From the NCBI GenBank assembly GCA_030613345.1, contig JAUWMD010000002.1:1-33289 (forward strand): DNA of 33,289 nucleotides, given 5' to 3'. Each line of letters opens with the position of its first letter. Position 1 is the stretch's first letter. A model generated the notes under the pieces. That model was not told the DNA's origin and did no database searches. It saw only the letters and a list, made by a program, of their open reading frames with translations. Positions 17,569-26,239 of the stretch are shown here, one piece after another. Made by a program: the position numbers and the translations under genes. The stretch is from Candidatus Krumholzibacteriota bacterium (lineage in GTDB: Bacteria; Krumholzibacteriota; Krumholzibacteriia; Krumholzibacteriales; Krumholzibacteriaceae).

Positions 17569-18453
17569 ATGAGATATGATAAGACATACGGAGCCCTGAC
17601 ACTCGGCGTAGTCTCGATATCCTTCGCGGCGGTGTTCATCAGGCTTGCCGACGGACCGGTAGCGTCGGTCGCCGCCTTGAGGCTCGTCTTCGCCACTCTG
17701 GTTCTGTCACCGTTTGTGATCTTCTCGCGCAAAACACGCAAAACGATCATGACGCTCCGCCGTGGGGAGAAAGGACTGCTCGTCCTGGCGGGGCTCTTTC
17801 TGGCGCTGCATTTCCTCTCGTGGATAGCTTCGCTGTCGTTCACCGGCATTACGAGCAGTATTGTATTCGTGACAACGAGTCCGATCTTTATCGAGATATA
17901 CTCCGTTATGGTGCGGGGGGAGAGGACATCGGCAAGGGTATGGATCGGTATAGGCCTCGCCCTTGCGGGGAGCGTTATCCTCGGAGGGGGCAACATCGTC
18001 GCGGGAGGGGAGAGCTGGAAGGGAGACCTGCTGGCCGTGGCGGGTGCGATTGCCGTGGCCGGCTATTTTATTGTGGGGAGCCGGATGAGGCCGAAACTCA
18101 CGCTGCTCGCGTACATCTTCCCCGTTTACGGCACAGCAGCACTGTTTCTCGCGCTGTCTGCGCCTCTCCTGGGAGCGGGCCTGACTGGTCTTCCCGCGAG
18201 GACGTATTTTTATTGTTTCATGATGGCGCTGGTCTGTCAGTTGACCGGCCATTCGCTGTTGAACCGGGCGCTGCGAAGAATGAGGACGACGCTCGTAGCC
18301 ATGGCGACATTGGGAGAACCGATCGGGACGACGATGATCGCGTGGCTCATCCTGGGAGAGTCGCCGGTAACGACCGAGATCCTGGGAGGGGCCGTGATAC
18401 TGGCTGGAGTGTTCATCGTTCTGACGGGAGATTCGCTACGTGTCAGAGCGTGA
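17569..18453 (+). CDS. EamA/DMT-family transporter
   Basis: It has about 10 TM helices arranged as two EamA-like halves, with Gly/Ala-rich helices (IGIGLALAGSVILGGG; ILGGAVILAGVFIV). Confidence 0.8.
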   Translation: MRYDKTYGALTLGVVSISFAAVFIRLADGPVASVAALRLVFATLVLSPFVIFSRKTRKTIMTLRRGEKGLLVLAGLFLALHFLSWIASLSFTGITSSIVFVTTSPIFIEIYSVMVRGERTSARVWIGIGLALAGSVILGGGNIVAGGESWKGDLLAVAGAIAVAGYFIVGSRMRPKLTLLAYIFPVYGTAALFLALSAPLLGAGLTGLPARTYFYCFMMALVCQLTGHSLLNRALRRMRTTLVAMATLGEPIGTTMIAWLILGESPVTTEILGGAVILAGVFIVLTGDSLRVRA

Positions 18454-19579
18454 CGAGTATCTCCCTGACCTCGTCGGCAAGGGCCTCGTCACCCTGCCAT
18501 TTAACCAGGAACAGTTCGAAGGATTTCCTGGCCTCTTCCCGGCGACCGAGCCGCATGAGTGAATGGCCCAGATAGTAGAGGGTCCTGGGGGGGAAGTTAT
18601 CTCCGGCCCTGATCTTTTCGAGTACGGACACCGCTTCCTCGAAATTCCTCATGCGGATATGGATTATCGCTATGCCGAGATCGATTTCGGCATCGTCCGG
18701 TGTGAGGGCACGGGCCCTGTTCCACGCCTCGAGAGATTCCTCGAGGTTGTCCAACTCGTATTCCGTCCTGGCAAGCCTTGTCCACGCCTCAGCGTTCGTG
18801 TCGTCCCTGTAGAGAGCCAGGCGGCAGTACTCCCGGGCGTCCTTGAACTCGTTTATCTCGAACGATGCGATACCGAGATGCAGGAAGAGGTCGGTACCCG
18901 ACTTGCCCGCATCCTTCGCTGTAAGCAGGGTCTGCCTGGCGTCGGCGTACATGTGCCTAGCGTTCATTACCTTCCCGAGTAGCAGAAGATAATCGGGCTC
19001 GAAGCCGATCCATGACCGCGAGGAGATAAGCTGGGCGTAGGCGGCCTGGTAGTTCTGCTGCATGTAATAGGCCTCGGCGAGCACGAGGGTTGCCTTCTTG
19101 TCGAAAGGGGAATAACGCAGTGCCTCAGTCGCGTATTTCTCGGCAGTACTGTAGAGATTCTGATCGAGGGCTATGGCGCCCAGTCCTGCGTAGGGAGGGT
19201 GAAAATTCGATTTGAGGTCGATAGAATACCGGTAAGCCCTTTTTGCCTCGGCATACTTGCCCTGCATCTCCAGCGAGTGTCCAAGCCCGTACTGTAGTCT
19301 GTAATCGTCGCTTTTTATCCTGGCCGCCGCGAGGAATTGATTCTCCGCCTCTGCGTATTCCTCCCGCTCGAGCAGGGCCATGCCGAGATTGTACCTCGTA
19401 TCCGGATCTGATGGATTTATTTCGGCGGATTTTTGCCACTGGACGATGGCTTCGTCTATCTCGTTCCTCTGGGCGGCTTCTACACCGAGGTTGTAATATT
19501 TGAGGGCTGAATCTCCGCAGGATACGGTAAACGCGAGCAGAAGGCCCGCGGCGACGATCGAAAACCTTCTCATCATCAT
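18443..19579 (-). CDS. TPR-repeat lipoprotein
   Basis: It has a signal peptide and lipobox (AAGLLLAFTVSCGD) and at least 8 tandem 34-aa TPR units (Y.LG.....G.Y.EA...Y..AL...P). Confidence 0.8.
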   Translation of the reverse strand: MMMRRFSIVAAGLLLAFTVSCGDSALKYYNLGVEAAQRNEIDEAIVQWQKSAEINPSDPDTRYNLGMALLEREEYAEAENQFLAAARIKSDDYRLQYGLGHSLEMQGKYAEAKRAYRYSIDLKSNFHPPYAGLGAIALDQNLYSTAEKYATEALRYSPFDKKATLVLAEAYYMQQNYQAAYAQLISSRSWIGFEPDYLLLLGKVMNARHMYADARQTLLTAKDAGKSGTDLFLHLGIASFEINEFKDAREYCRLALYRDDTNAEAWTRLARTEYELDNLEESLEAWNRARALTPDDAEIDLGIAIIHIRMRNFEEAVSVLEKIRAGDNFPPRTLYYLGHSLMRLGRREEARKSFELFLVKWQGDEALADEVREILVTL

Positions 19580-19736
19580 TCCTTTCGGCTCATACAGGTC
19601 GGGTATGGTTCGATTATAACGCCAAACCGATTTAAACGCATCAAGAAATATGGATCGGGCCGAAAAGGGGGCCGCCAGGACCGTAACGGAAAAAAAGACA
19701 CCGGATGTCCTGATTACACAACGATTTAAAATATAG

Positions 19737-19764
19737 TTGACTTTTTATTTTTCTATAGTAAAAT
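19737..19764 (+). promoter_or_regulatory. Near-consensus sigma70-type promoter of the hdr-mvh locus
   Basis: TTGACT (19737-19742), a 16-nt spacer, then TAAAAT (19759-19764). It sits in a 262-bp AT-rich gap about 77 nt upstream of hdrC. Confidence 0.6.
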
Positions 19765-19841
19765 TCCTGTTGCGACCTTCTGTTTTTTTTGCCTCTCAAT
19801 CGGTTCAGGAGCCTTGAAAAGCCTGCGAGGTTGGTAGTTAA

Positions 19842-20420
19842 ATGCTTAAAAGAGAAGTGGTTTACGAGTCTGTACTGGATCATGATTTTCTCGACGAGAT
19901 CTATTCGCTTCCCGGCGGACAAGAGATAAAGAAGTGTATCCAGTGCGGGACATGCAGCGGTTCATGCCCGCAGGGCGCCGTTATGGACTACGCTCCGAGG
20001 AAGATATTCTCCCTCATAAGGGCCGGATTCAGGGACGAGGTGCTCGAATCGAACACTATATGGTACTGCTCGTCGTGCTATACATGCGCTGTGAGATGTC
20101 CCAAGGAGATCAAGATCACCGACGTCATGTACGCCCTCAAACGCATCGCAATCAAGGAAGGCAAGGCGAAGAAAGGGAGGAAAGCGGCGATCCTTTCGAA
20201 TAATTTCGTCAGATTGGTAAACAAGTACGGGCGGAATCACGAGACAGAGCTTATGACCCGTTACATACTGTTTGCGGAGCCGCATCACGCCTTCAATTTC
20301 ATTCCCCAGGGCTGGAAGCTTTTCTCTAACGGCCGCCTGCCCATAATGCCTCACAAGATTAAGAATATCGATCAGTTACGAAAGATCCTGAAGAAGGTCG
20401 ACGAGCTGGGGGAAATATAA
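19842..20420 (+). CDS. hdrC: Heterodisulfide reductase subunit C-like (2x[4Fe-4S]), copy 1
   Basis: Cluster motifs are CIQCGTCSGSCP and CSSCYTCAVRCP, with conserved KITDVMYALKRIA. Its stop overlaps the hdrB start (TAATG). Confidence 0.9.
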   Translation: MLKREVVYESVLDHDFLDEIYSLPGGQEIKKCIQCGTCSGSCPQGAVMDYAPRKIFSLIRAGFRDEVLESNTIWYCSSCYTCAVRCPKEIKITDVMYALKRIAIKEGKAKKGRKAAILSNNFVRLVNKYGRNHETELMTRYILFAEPHHAFNFIPQGWKLFSNGRLPIMPHKIKNIDQLRKILKKVDELGEI

Positions 20421-21319
20421 TGAAGTACACTTATTATCCCGGGTGTTCCGTGAAGGCGACCGCGAATCTTTACCAGGAATCGATCGACTCCGTTACCCCC
20501 TTGCTCGGCATAGAACTCGAGGAACTGGAAGACTGGAACTGCTGCGGAGCGACAGCCTACATGTCTGTCAGGGAGCTGATGAGCTTCGCCATCTCCGCAA
20601 GGAACCTGGCGCTGGCTGAGAAGCACCACCGCGACATCGTAACTCCGTGCAGCGCCTGCTACCTCGTCCTGAAAAAGACCAACCAGTATTTCGCCGATTA
20701 TCCCAATCTGAGAAAGAAGCTCGGCCAGGCTCTCGAAGCCGGCGGTCTGAGCTACAGCGGCAACACGCGGGTCCGGCATATACTCAACGTGATCGTCAAC
20801 GATGTCGGTATGGAAAAGATCGCCGGACTGGTTAAAAAGAAGCTCAAAGGTCTCAACGTCGCTCCTTACTACGGTTGTCAGATCGTCAGGCCTCACTACT
20901 ACGGGTGTGGAGCGGACGAGGAGAATATTGATGATCCGGACAATCCGGTCAGCATGGACAGGTTGATCGAGGCAACTGGAGCCACCTGCGTCAAGTATTC
21001 GATGAAGACGAAATGTTGCGGTTCGTCTTTGATGGGTACCGAGGAAAAGCAGGCTATGAAGCTGTGCATGGAGATCCTGGCCGACGCGGAAAGCAACGGG
21101 GCTCATTGCATCGTGACGATCTGCCCGCTGTGCCAGATGAACCTCGATGTTTACCAGTCGAAGGTAAACAGGCTGTTCGGCACGAAATTCAATATTCCTG
21201 TCATATACTTCACGCAGCTGATAGGGCTGGCGTTGGACAGACCGGCGAAGGAACTCGGGCTGGGAAGGCTCGCGGTGAAGATGACCAGGCCGATGAAACA
21301 GATACTACAGGGAGCGTGA
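20420..21319 (+). CDS. hdrB: Heterodisulfide reductase subunit B-like (two CCG domains), copy 1
   Basis: The first CCG domain is YYPGCS...NCCGA...PCSACY and the second is YYGCQ...KCCGSS...CPLCQ. Confidence 0.92.
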   Translation: MKYTYYPGCSVKATANLYQESIDSVTPLLGIELEELEDWNCCGATAYMSVRELMSFAISARNLALAEKHHRDIVTPCSACYLVLKKTNQYFADYPNLRKKLGQALEAGGLSYSGNTRVRHILNVIVNDVGMEKIAGLVKKKLKGLNVAPYYGCQIVRPHYYGCGADEENIDDPDNPVSMDRLIEATGATCVKYSMKTKCCGSSLMGTEEKQAMKLCMEILADAESNGAHCIVTICPLCQMNLDVYQSKVNRLFGTKFNIPVIYFTQLIGLALDRPAKELGLGRLAVKMTRPMKQILQGA

Positions 21320-21320
21320 T

Positions 21321-23324
21321 ATGTCTGAACGTATTGGTGTATACGTCTGCCACTGCGGTACGAACATCGCCGGCAAGGTAGACATCGACGAGGTGGTCGA
21401 GTTCGCCAAAGGGCTTGATGACGTCACGCTCGTGAGGGAATACAAGTTCATGTGTTCCGATCCCGGGCAGTCGCTCATCCAGAAAGATATCGAGGATGGC
21501 CTGATCAACAGGGTCGTCGTCGCGTCCTGCTCTCCGTTGATGCACGAGAAGACATTCAGGAACGTGTGCACCCGTGGTGGCCTGAACGAATACCTCTTTA
21601 CGATGGCCAATATCCGCGAGCAGTGCTCGTGGGTGCACGTAGATGTCGAACGGACGACGGACAAGGCGAAGGACCTGATAGAAGCGGCTGTAAGAAGGAC
21701 GAGGCTCCAGGAGCCCCTGACGAAGAGGGAAGTCCCGATCAACCCGAGGACTCTGGTCATCGGCGGCGGCATAGCCGGCATACAGGCAGCGCTCGACCTT
21801 GCCGACGCCGGCAAGAATGTCGTTCTCGTCGAGAAGGAGCCCTCGATCGGCGGCCACATGGCCAAGTTCGACAAGACCTTTCCGACGCTCGATTGCTCGG
21901 CATGTATCCTGACACCAAAAATGGTATCGGTCGGCCAGCACGAGAACATCGAGCTGATGTCCTGGTCGGAGGTCGAGGATGTCGGCGGCTATGTCGGAAA
22001 CTTCAACGTCACAGTCCGAAAGAAGGCAAGGTACGTTGACGTGGATCTGTGCAACGGATGCGGCGCCTGCTGGGAGAAGTGCCCGGGAACGCGGGTGCCC
22101 CGCAAGGGCAACGTCCATGAGAAACTCTCGCTCGGACCTGTGACTTCGATATTTATACCTTTCATGCAGGCAGTGCCGGCGATCCCGGTGATAGACGCCG
22201 AAACCTGCATCCGTTTCAAGAACGGCAAGTGCGGTATCTGCGCCGAGGTATGCGAACGCAACGCGATCAAGTACGACATGGAGGACGAGTTGGTCGAGTT
22301 CGAGGTAGGCAACATCATCCTTGCCACCGGCTTCCAGCCCTTCGATCCGGCACAGATCGGGAATTATGGCTACGGGATATTCGACAACGTCCTTACCGCC
22401 GTAGAATTCGAGATAATGAACTGCGCCTCCGGCAACACGGGCGGAAATATCCTGATGGCCGACGGGACCGAACCAAAATCGATCGGAATAGTCCATTGTG
22501 TGGGAAGCCGGGACAAGAATTACAACGAATATTGTTCGAGGGTCTGCTGCATGTACGCCCTGAAATACGCGCATCTTATAAAGGAGAAGATCGATGCGGA
22601 AGTCTACGATTTCTACATCGACATGAGATGTTTCGGCAAGGGGTACGAGGAATTCTATGACAGGCTGCTGGGGGAGGACGTTAGGTTCGTTCGCGGCAAG
22701 GTGGCTGAAGTCACCGAAGTGCATCTGGAGGAGGCTGAAAGGGGAAAACTCGTCGTCAAGGTGGAGGACACGCTGGTCGGTTCGATACGCCGGATCCCGC
22801 TCGACATGGTCGTTCTATGCACTGGTCTCGAAGCGCACGAGACCCTTCCCGCCGTGGCGAATCTCTGCAACGTCAGTATCGGCAAGGACGGTTTTGTCAT
22901 AGAGAAGCATCCCAAGCTCGGCCCCGTTGCCACGGCGACGGACGGGGTTTTTATCGCAGGCGCTTGCCAGTCGCCGAAAGACATCCCCGATACGGTCGCC
23001 CAGGCTTCAGCCGCTTCGAGCGCGGTCCTGTCGATGATCACAAGGGAAAAGATCGAGATCGAATCGGCAACGGCGGAAGTAAACGAGGACAAGTGTTCGG
23101 GCTGCAAGATATGTAACACTCTGTGTCCTTATCTGGCGATCAAGTATGATGAGGAGAAAGGGGTCTCCGTCGTCAACGAGGCTCTTTGCAAGGGTTGCGG
23201 GACATGCGTTGCGGGGTGCCCCAGCAATGCGATATCGGCAAAGCATTTCCAGAACAACCAGATCCTGGCAGAAATCGAGGGGATCCTCCGCAGCAGCAGT
23301 GGACAGGCCGGAATTTTGGCTTGA
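21321..23324 (+). CDS. hdrA: Heterodisulfide reductase subunit A-like FAD/Fe-S flavoprotein, full length, copy 1
   Basis: The N-terminal Cys cluster is VYVCHCGTNIAG..FMCSDPG..SCSPLMHE..REQCSW, and the FAD fold is GGGIAGIQAALDLA..GGHM..FDKTFPTLDCSACILTPKM. The inserted ferredoxin is CNGCGACWEKCP...CIRFKNGKCGICAEVC. The C-terminal ferredoxin is CSGCKICNTLCP...CKGCGTCVAGCP. Confidence 0.93.
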   Translation: MSERIGVYVCHCGTNIAGKVDIDEVVEFAKGLDDVTLVREYKFMCSDPGQSLIQKDIEDGLINRVVVASCSPLMHEKTFRNVCTRGGLNEYLFTMANIREQCSWVHVDVERTTDKAKDLIEAAVRRTRLQEPLTKREVPINPRTLVIGGGIAGIQAALDLADAGKNVVLVEKEPSIGGHMAKFDKTFPTLDCSACILTPKMVSVGQHENIELMSWSEVEDVGGYVGNFNVTVRKKARYVDVDLCNGCGACWEKCPGTRVPRKGNVHEKLSLGPVTSIFIPFMQAVPAIPVIDAETCIRFKNGKCGICAEVCERNAIKYDMEDELVEFEVGNIILATGFQPFDPAQIGNYGYGIFDNVLTAVEFEIMNCASGNTGGNILMADGTEPKSIGIVHCVGSRDKNYNEYCSRVCCMYALKYAHLIKEKIDAEVYDFYIDMRCFGKGYEEFYDRLLGEDVRFVRGKVAEVTEVHLEEAERGKLVVKVEDTLVGSIRRIPLDMVVLCTGLEAHETLPAVANLCNVSIGKDGFVIEKHPKLGPVATATDGVFIAGACQSPKDIPDTVAQASAASSAVLSMITREKIEIESATAEVNEDKCSGCKICNTLCPYLAIKYDEEKGVSVVNEALCKGCGTCVAGCPSNAISAKHFQNNQILAEIEGILRSSSGQAGILA

Positions 23325-23432
23325 CGTGTTAGGAGAGTTTGGTTAGCATAAGTCTCTATTTTTCACCGTTTTTCGATGGGGGGCGGAGCAGGCTTCTTCT
23401 CACGTGTAACTTGAATATTCGGCGGGAGTGGA

Positions 23433-24005
23433 ATGAATACGCACAAGCTCAAGCAAAAAGCCATCGATAAGGATTTTCTTGATGAGATTGCGCATCTGCC
23501 CGGCGGAGAGCGGATTATCGACTGCTTTCAGTGCGGTACCTGCAGCGGCTCCTGCCCGACAGCTCACGTGATGGATCACACGCCCCGCCGTCTGTTCGCG
23601 ATGGTGAAAGCGGGGTTCCGCGAGGATGTACTCAACAGCAACACATACTGGTACTGCACTTCCTGCTACATATGCACTGTCAGGTGTCCGCGCCAGATAA
23701 AGATCACCGATGTAATGTACGCGTTGAAGCGAATAGCCCTTAAGGAGAGGTACGTTCGGAGAAAGAACGCAGCGGGGGCATTTTACAGTTCCTTCGTCGA
23801 TATTGTCGAGCGGGATGGAAGGAGCTTCGAACCGGAACTGATGGTCCGCTTCATGCTGAAGACCGACCCCACGCTTCTCCTGAAAAATGCTGTGCTGGGG
23901 CTGAAGCTCATGAAACACGGCCGCCTTCCGATTCGCCGTAACAGGATCAAGGCCAGAAACGAGTTGAGAGCGATCATTCGAAAGGCAAAGAGCGAAAGCT
24001 TGTAA
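23433..24005 (+). CDS. hdrC: Heterodisulfide reductase subunit C-like, copy 2
   Basis: Cluster motifs are CFQCGTCSGSCP and CTSCYICTVRCP, with the same KITDVMYALKRIA block as copy 1. It has a TAATG overlap with hdrB2. Confidence 0.9.
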   Translation: MNTHKLKQKAIDKDFLDEIAHLPGGERIIDCFQCGTCSGSCPTAHVMDHTPRRLFAMVKAGFREDVLNSNTYWYCTSCYICTVRCPRQIKITDVMYALKRIALKERYVRRKNAAGAFYSSFVDIVERDGRSFEPELMVRFMLKTDPTLLLKNAVLGLKLMKHGRLPIRRNRIKARNELRAIIRKAKSESL

Positions 24006-24889
24006 TGGCGACGAAACAGAGCTATATCTATTATCCCGGTTGTTCGGCCGAGGCGACGGGAAAGCCGTACGAGATTTCGGCGAGAGCTGTATGCGAGCAC
24101 CTGGATATAGAGCTGAAGGAACTTGCCGACTGGAACTGCTGCGGCGCTACGGCTTATCTCTCCGTCGAGGATATTGCCTCGATGGCGGTAGCCGCGAGAA
24201 ATCTGGCCATCGCCGAATCGACCGGACTCGACCTCATTACGCCATGCAGCGCCTGCTATATCACGCTGAGCAAGGTCGACCACTATTTCGAAGATTATCC
24301 GGACATACGTACGAAGATCAACAACGCACTCTCCGCCGCGGGACTGGAATACAAAGGGGGAGTAAATGTCCGGCACCTCCTGTATGTATTTTCCGAAGAC
24401 ATCGGGATGGAACGCCTCTCCGGCATGGTCAGGGCGGATTTGTCTTTGAGGGTGGCTCCGTACTACGGCTGCCAGGTCGTAAGACCGTTCACCGAAAGGG
24501 ACAGCCCAGATGTCCCGTTCGCGATGGACGAAATCATCTCAGCCCTTGGCGGCGATGTCGTGGATTATCCTCTCAAGACAAAATGCTGCAGCGGAGCGTT
24601 GATCGGCATCGACGAAAAAACCGCTCTGGGTCTCGCGAAGCCGCTCATCGAATGCGCCGTACGCAGCGGCGCCGACTGCATAGTGACATGCTGCCCCCTG
24701 TGTCAGCTCAATCTTGACGCCTACCAGTACAAGATCAACAAGGTATACGGGACGAATTACCATATTCCAGTGTTGTTTTTCACGCAATTGATCGGGCTCG
24801 CGTTCGGTATCGACGAGGGAAGACTCGGTCTGAATATGAACATTGTGCCGTACAGGCCGGCCGCTAGAGCGAAAGGTGCTTCAGGATGA
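24005..24889 (+). CDS. hdrB: Heterodisulfide reductase subunit B-like, copy 2
   Basis: The CCG domains are YYPGCS...NCCGA...PCSACY and YYGCQ...KCCSGA...CPLCQ. It has an ATGA overlap with the next gene. Confidence 0.92.
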   Translation: MATKQSYIYYPGCSAEATGKPYEISARAVCEHLDIELKELADWNCCGATAYLSVEDIASMAVAARNLAIAESTGLDLITPCSACYITLSKVDHYFEDYPDIRTKINNALSAAGLEYKGGVNVRHLLYVFSEDIGMERLSGMVRADLSLRVAPYYGCQVVRPFTERDSPDVPFAMDEIISALGGDVVDYPLKTKCCSGALIGIDEKTALGLAKPLIECAVRSGADCIVTCCPLCQLNLDAYQYKINKVYGTNYHIPVLFFTQLIGLAFGIDEGRLGLNMNIVPYRPAARAKGASG

Positions 24890-25743
24890 CCAAGAATGGA
24901 GCGAAGGAAGAAACGCCACGGATCGGCGTGTACTTGTGTCACTGCGGGTCGAACATCGCCGGGATGGTCAATATCCCGGAGGTTGCCGAGTTCGTGAGGG
25001 AACTGGACAATGTCGCGCTTGTCAGAGACTACCGATTCATGTGTTCGGAACCCGGCCAGGAACTGATCGCCAAGGATATCAAGGAGCATGATCTCGAACG
25101 GGTCGTCGTCGCCGCCTGCAGCCCACTTATGCACGAAAAGACTTTTCGCGAAGCCGTGGAAACGGCCGATCTCAACCGTTATCTCATGCAGATGGCCAAT
25201 GTCAGGGAACATTGCTCCTGGGTGACCGCCGACAGTTCATACGCCACGGAAAAGGCGAAGGCTCTCGTGGCTGCTGCGGTCGGCAAGGCGGTATGGCTGG
25301 AGCCCCTGAAAACCAAGAAAGTCCCTATCCATCCTGATACGCTGATAGTGGGTGGAGGAATAGCCGGTATCCAGGCGGCATTGATCATTGCCGAGGCCGG
25401 CAAGAAGGTGTATCTGGTCGAACGTTCCCCCGCCCTGGGCGGCCATATGTCGCATTTCGACAAAACATTCCCGACGCTGGACTGCGCCGCATGCATACTG
25501 ACTCCGAAGATGGTGGCGGTCGGCAAACATCCGAACGTTGAACTGTTGACATGGTCCGAGGTCGAGGAAGTATCCGGATACATCGGAAATTTCACGATCA
25601 AGATCAGGAAAAAACAGCGCTTCGTCGACGAGGACCGCTGTAACGGTTGCGGAGACTGCTGGGAAGCATGCCCCAGTACGACATCACCCAGAAAGAGAAG
25701 AATCACGATCGAGGGCAGGTTGATCAATGAAAGAGTGCTGTAA
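24886..25743 (+). CDS. hdrA: HdrA-like N-terminal half (N-domain, first part of the FAD fold, first CxxCxxCxxxCP of the inserted ferredoxin); split-gene product
   Basis: It is colinear with HdrA1 aa 1 to ~258: VYLCHCGSNIAG, FMCSEPG, ACSPLMHE, REHCSW, GGGIAGIQAALIIA, GGHM..FDKTFPTLDCAACILTPKM and CNGCGDCWEACP (25639-25674). Homology ends after ..PRK, and a TAA stop lies at 25741-25743. Confidence 0.85.
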   Translation: MTKNGAKEETPRIGVYLCHCGSNIAGMVNIPEVAEFVRELDNVALVRDYRFMCSEPGQELIAKDIKEHDLERVVVAACSPLMHEKTFREAVETADLNRYLMQMANVREHCSWVTADSSYATEKAKALVAAAVGKAVWLEPLKTKKVPIHPDTLIVGGGIAGIQAALIIAEAGKKVYLVERSPALGGHMSHFDKTFPTLDCAACILTPKMVAVGKHPNVELLTWSEVEEVSGYIGNFTIKIRKKQRFVDEDRCNGCGDCWEACPSTTSPRKRRITIEGRLINERVL

Positions 25744-26233
25744 CTCCGGACGAAACATGTCGAAGATCAAGGAAGTGCGGCCCGAGAAAGTGGCGGAGAT
25801 ACTGGAGAGCTTCGAGCATCGTGTCGATTCGCTGATCATGATCCTCCAGGACATCCAGGAAGAGTACCGGTACCTGCCCGAGGATGCGCTTCGGATCGTC
25901 GCTGATGATCTGGATCTTCCGTTATCCCAGCTTTACGAGGTGGCAACGTTCTATCGCTCGTTCAGTCTGGAGCCGCGCGGAACGCACGAGGTGAAGGTCT
26001 GCCTGGGAACGGCCTGTCATCTCAGGGGAGGCCCCATGATCCTTGAAAACTTCGAAAGGGTACTGGGAGTGAAAGCCGGGCAGACGACGCCGGATCTCGA
26101 CTTCACGCTTGAAACGGTAAACTGCGTAGGAGCCTGCGCACTGGCACCGCTGGTACTCGTAGATTCCGATTACCACGGCGAGACGAGACCGAGTAAGGTC
26201 AAGGATATATTGGGCAAGTATTCACAGAAGTAG
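25727..26233 (+). CDS. nuoE: NuoE/HydC-type thioredoxin-like [2Fe-2S] protein
   Basis: The cluster motifs are VCLGTACHLRG (C-x4-C) and NCVGACALAP (C-x3-C). GAGGGCAGG lies 8 nt upstream of the ATG at 25727, and the ATG at 25757 is an alternative start. Confidence 0.88.
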   Translation: MKECCNSGRNMSKIKEVRPEKVAEILESFEHRVDSLIMILQDIQEEYRYLPEDALRIVADDLDLPLSQLYEVATFYRSFSLEPRGTHEVKVCLGTACHLRGGPMILENFERVLGVKAGQTTPDLDFTLETVNCVGACALAPLVLVDSDYHGETRPSKVKDILGKYSQK

Positions 26234-26239
26234 GACGCC

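Noticed and set aside
19641-19922. 93-aa minus-strand ORF spanning the hdr promoter region and the hdrC1 start
   Set aside because: It overlaps the promoter and the 5' end of hdrC1. Its Lys/Arg/Phe-rich product simply reflects the AT-rich intergenic DNA, and it has no RBS.
21210-22724. 504-aa ORF on the minus strand across hdrA1
   Set aside because: It is entirely antisense to a motif-rich HdrA gene. Its product is low-complexity and rich in Arg, Pro, His and Asp, with no recognisable motifs. This is the typical shadow ORF of a high-GC coding region.
23331-23364. Possible terminator or attenuator between hdrA1 and hdrC2 (AGGAGAG...TCTCT followed by ATTTTT)
   Set aside because: The stem is only 4-5 bp with a ~15-nt loop, which is too weak to call. 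Whether the two hdr sets are separate transcripts stays open.
24886-25743. The truncated hdrA read as a pseudogene or an assembly artefact
   Set aside because: I considered this seriously. The fragment keeps all N-domain cysteines and FAD motifs and is translationally coupled on both sides. The missing C-terminal half is present intact and in frame 2.4 kb downstream, fused to a matching Fe-S module. I therefore report it as a split gene, while flagging that read-level verification is needed.
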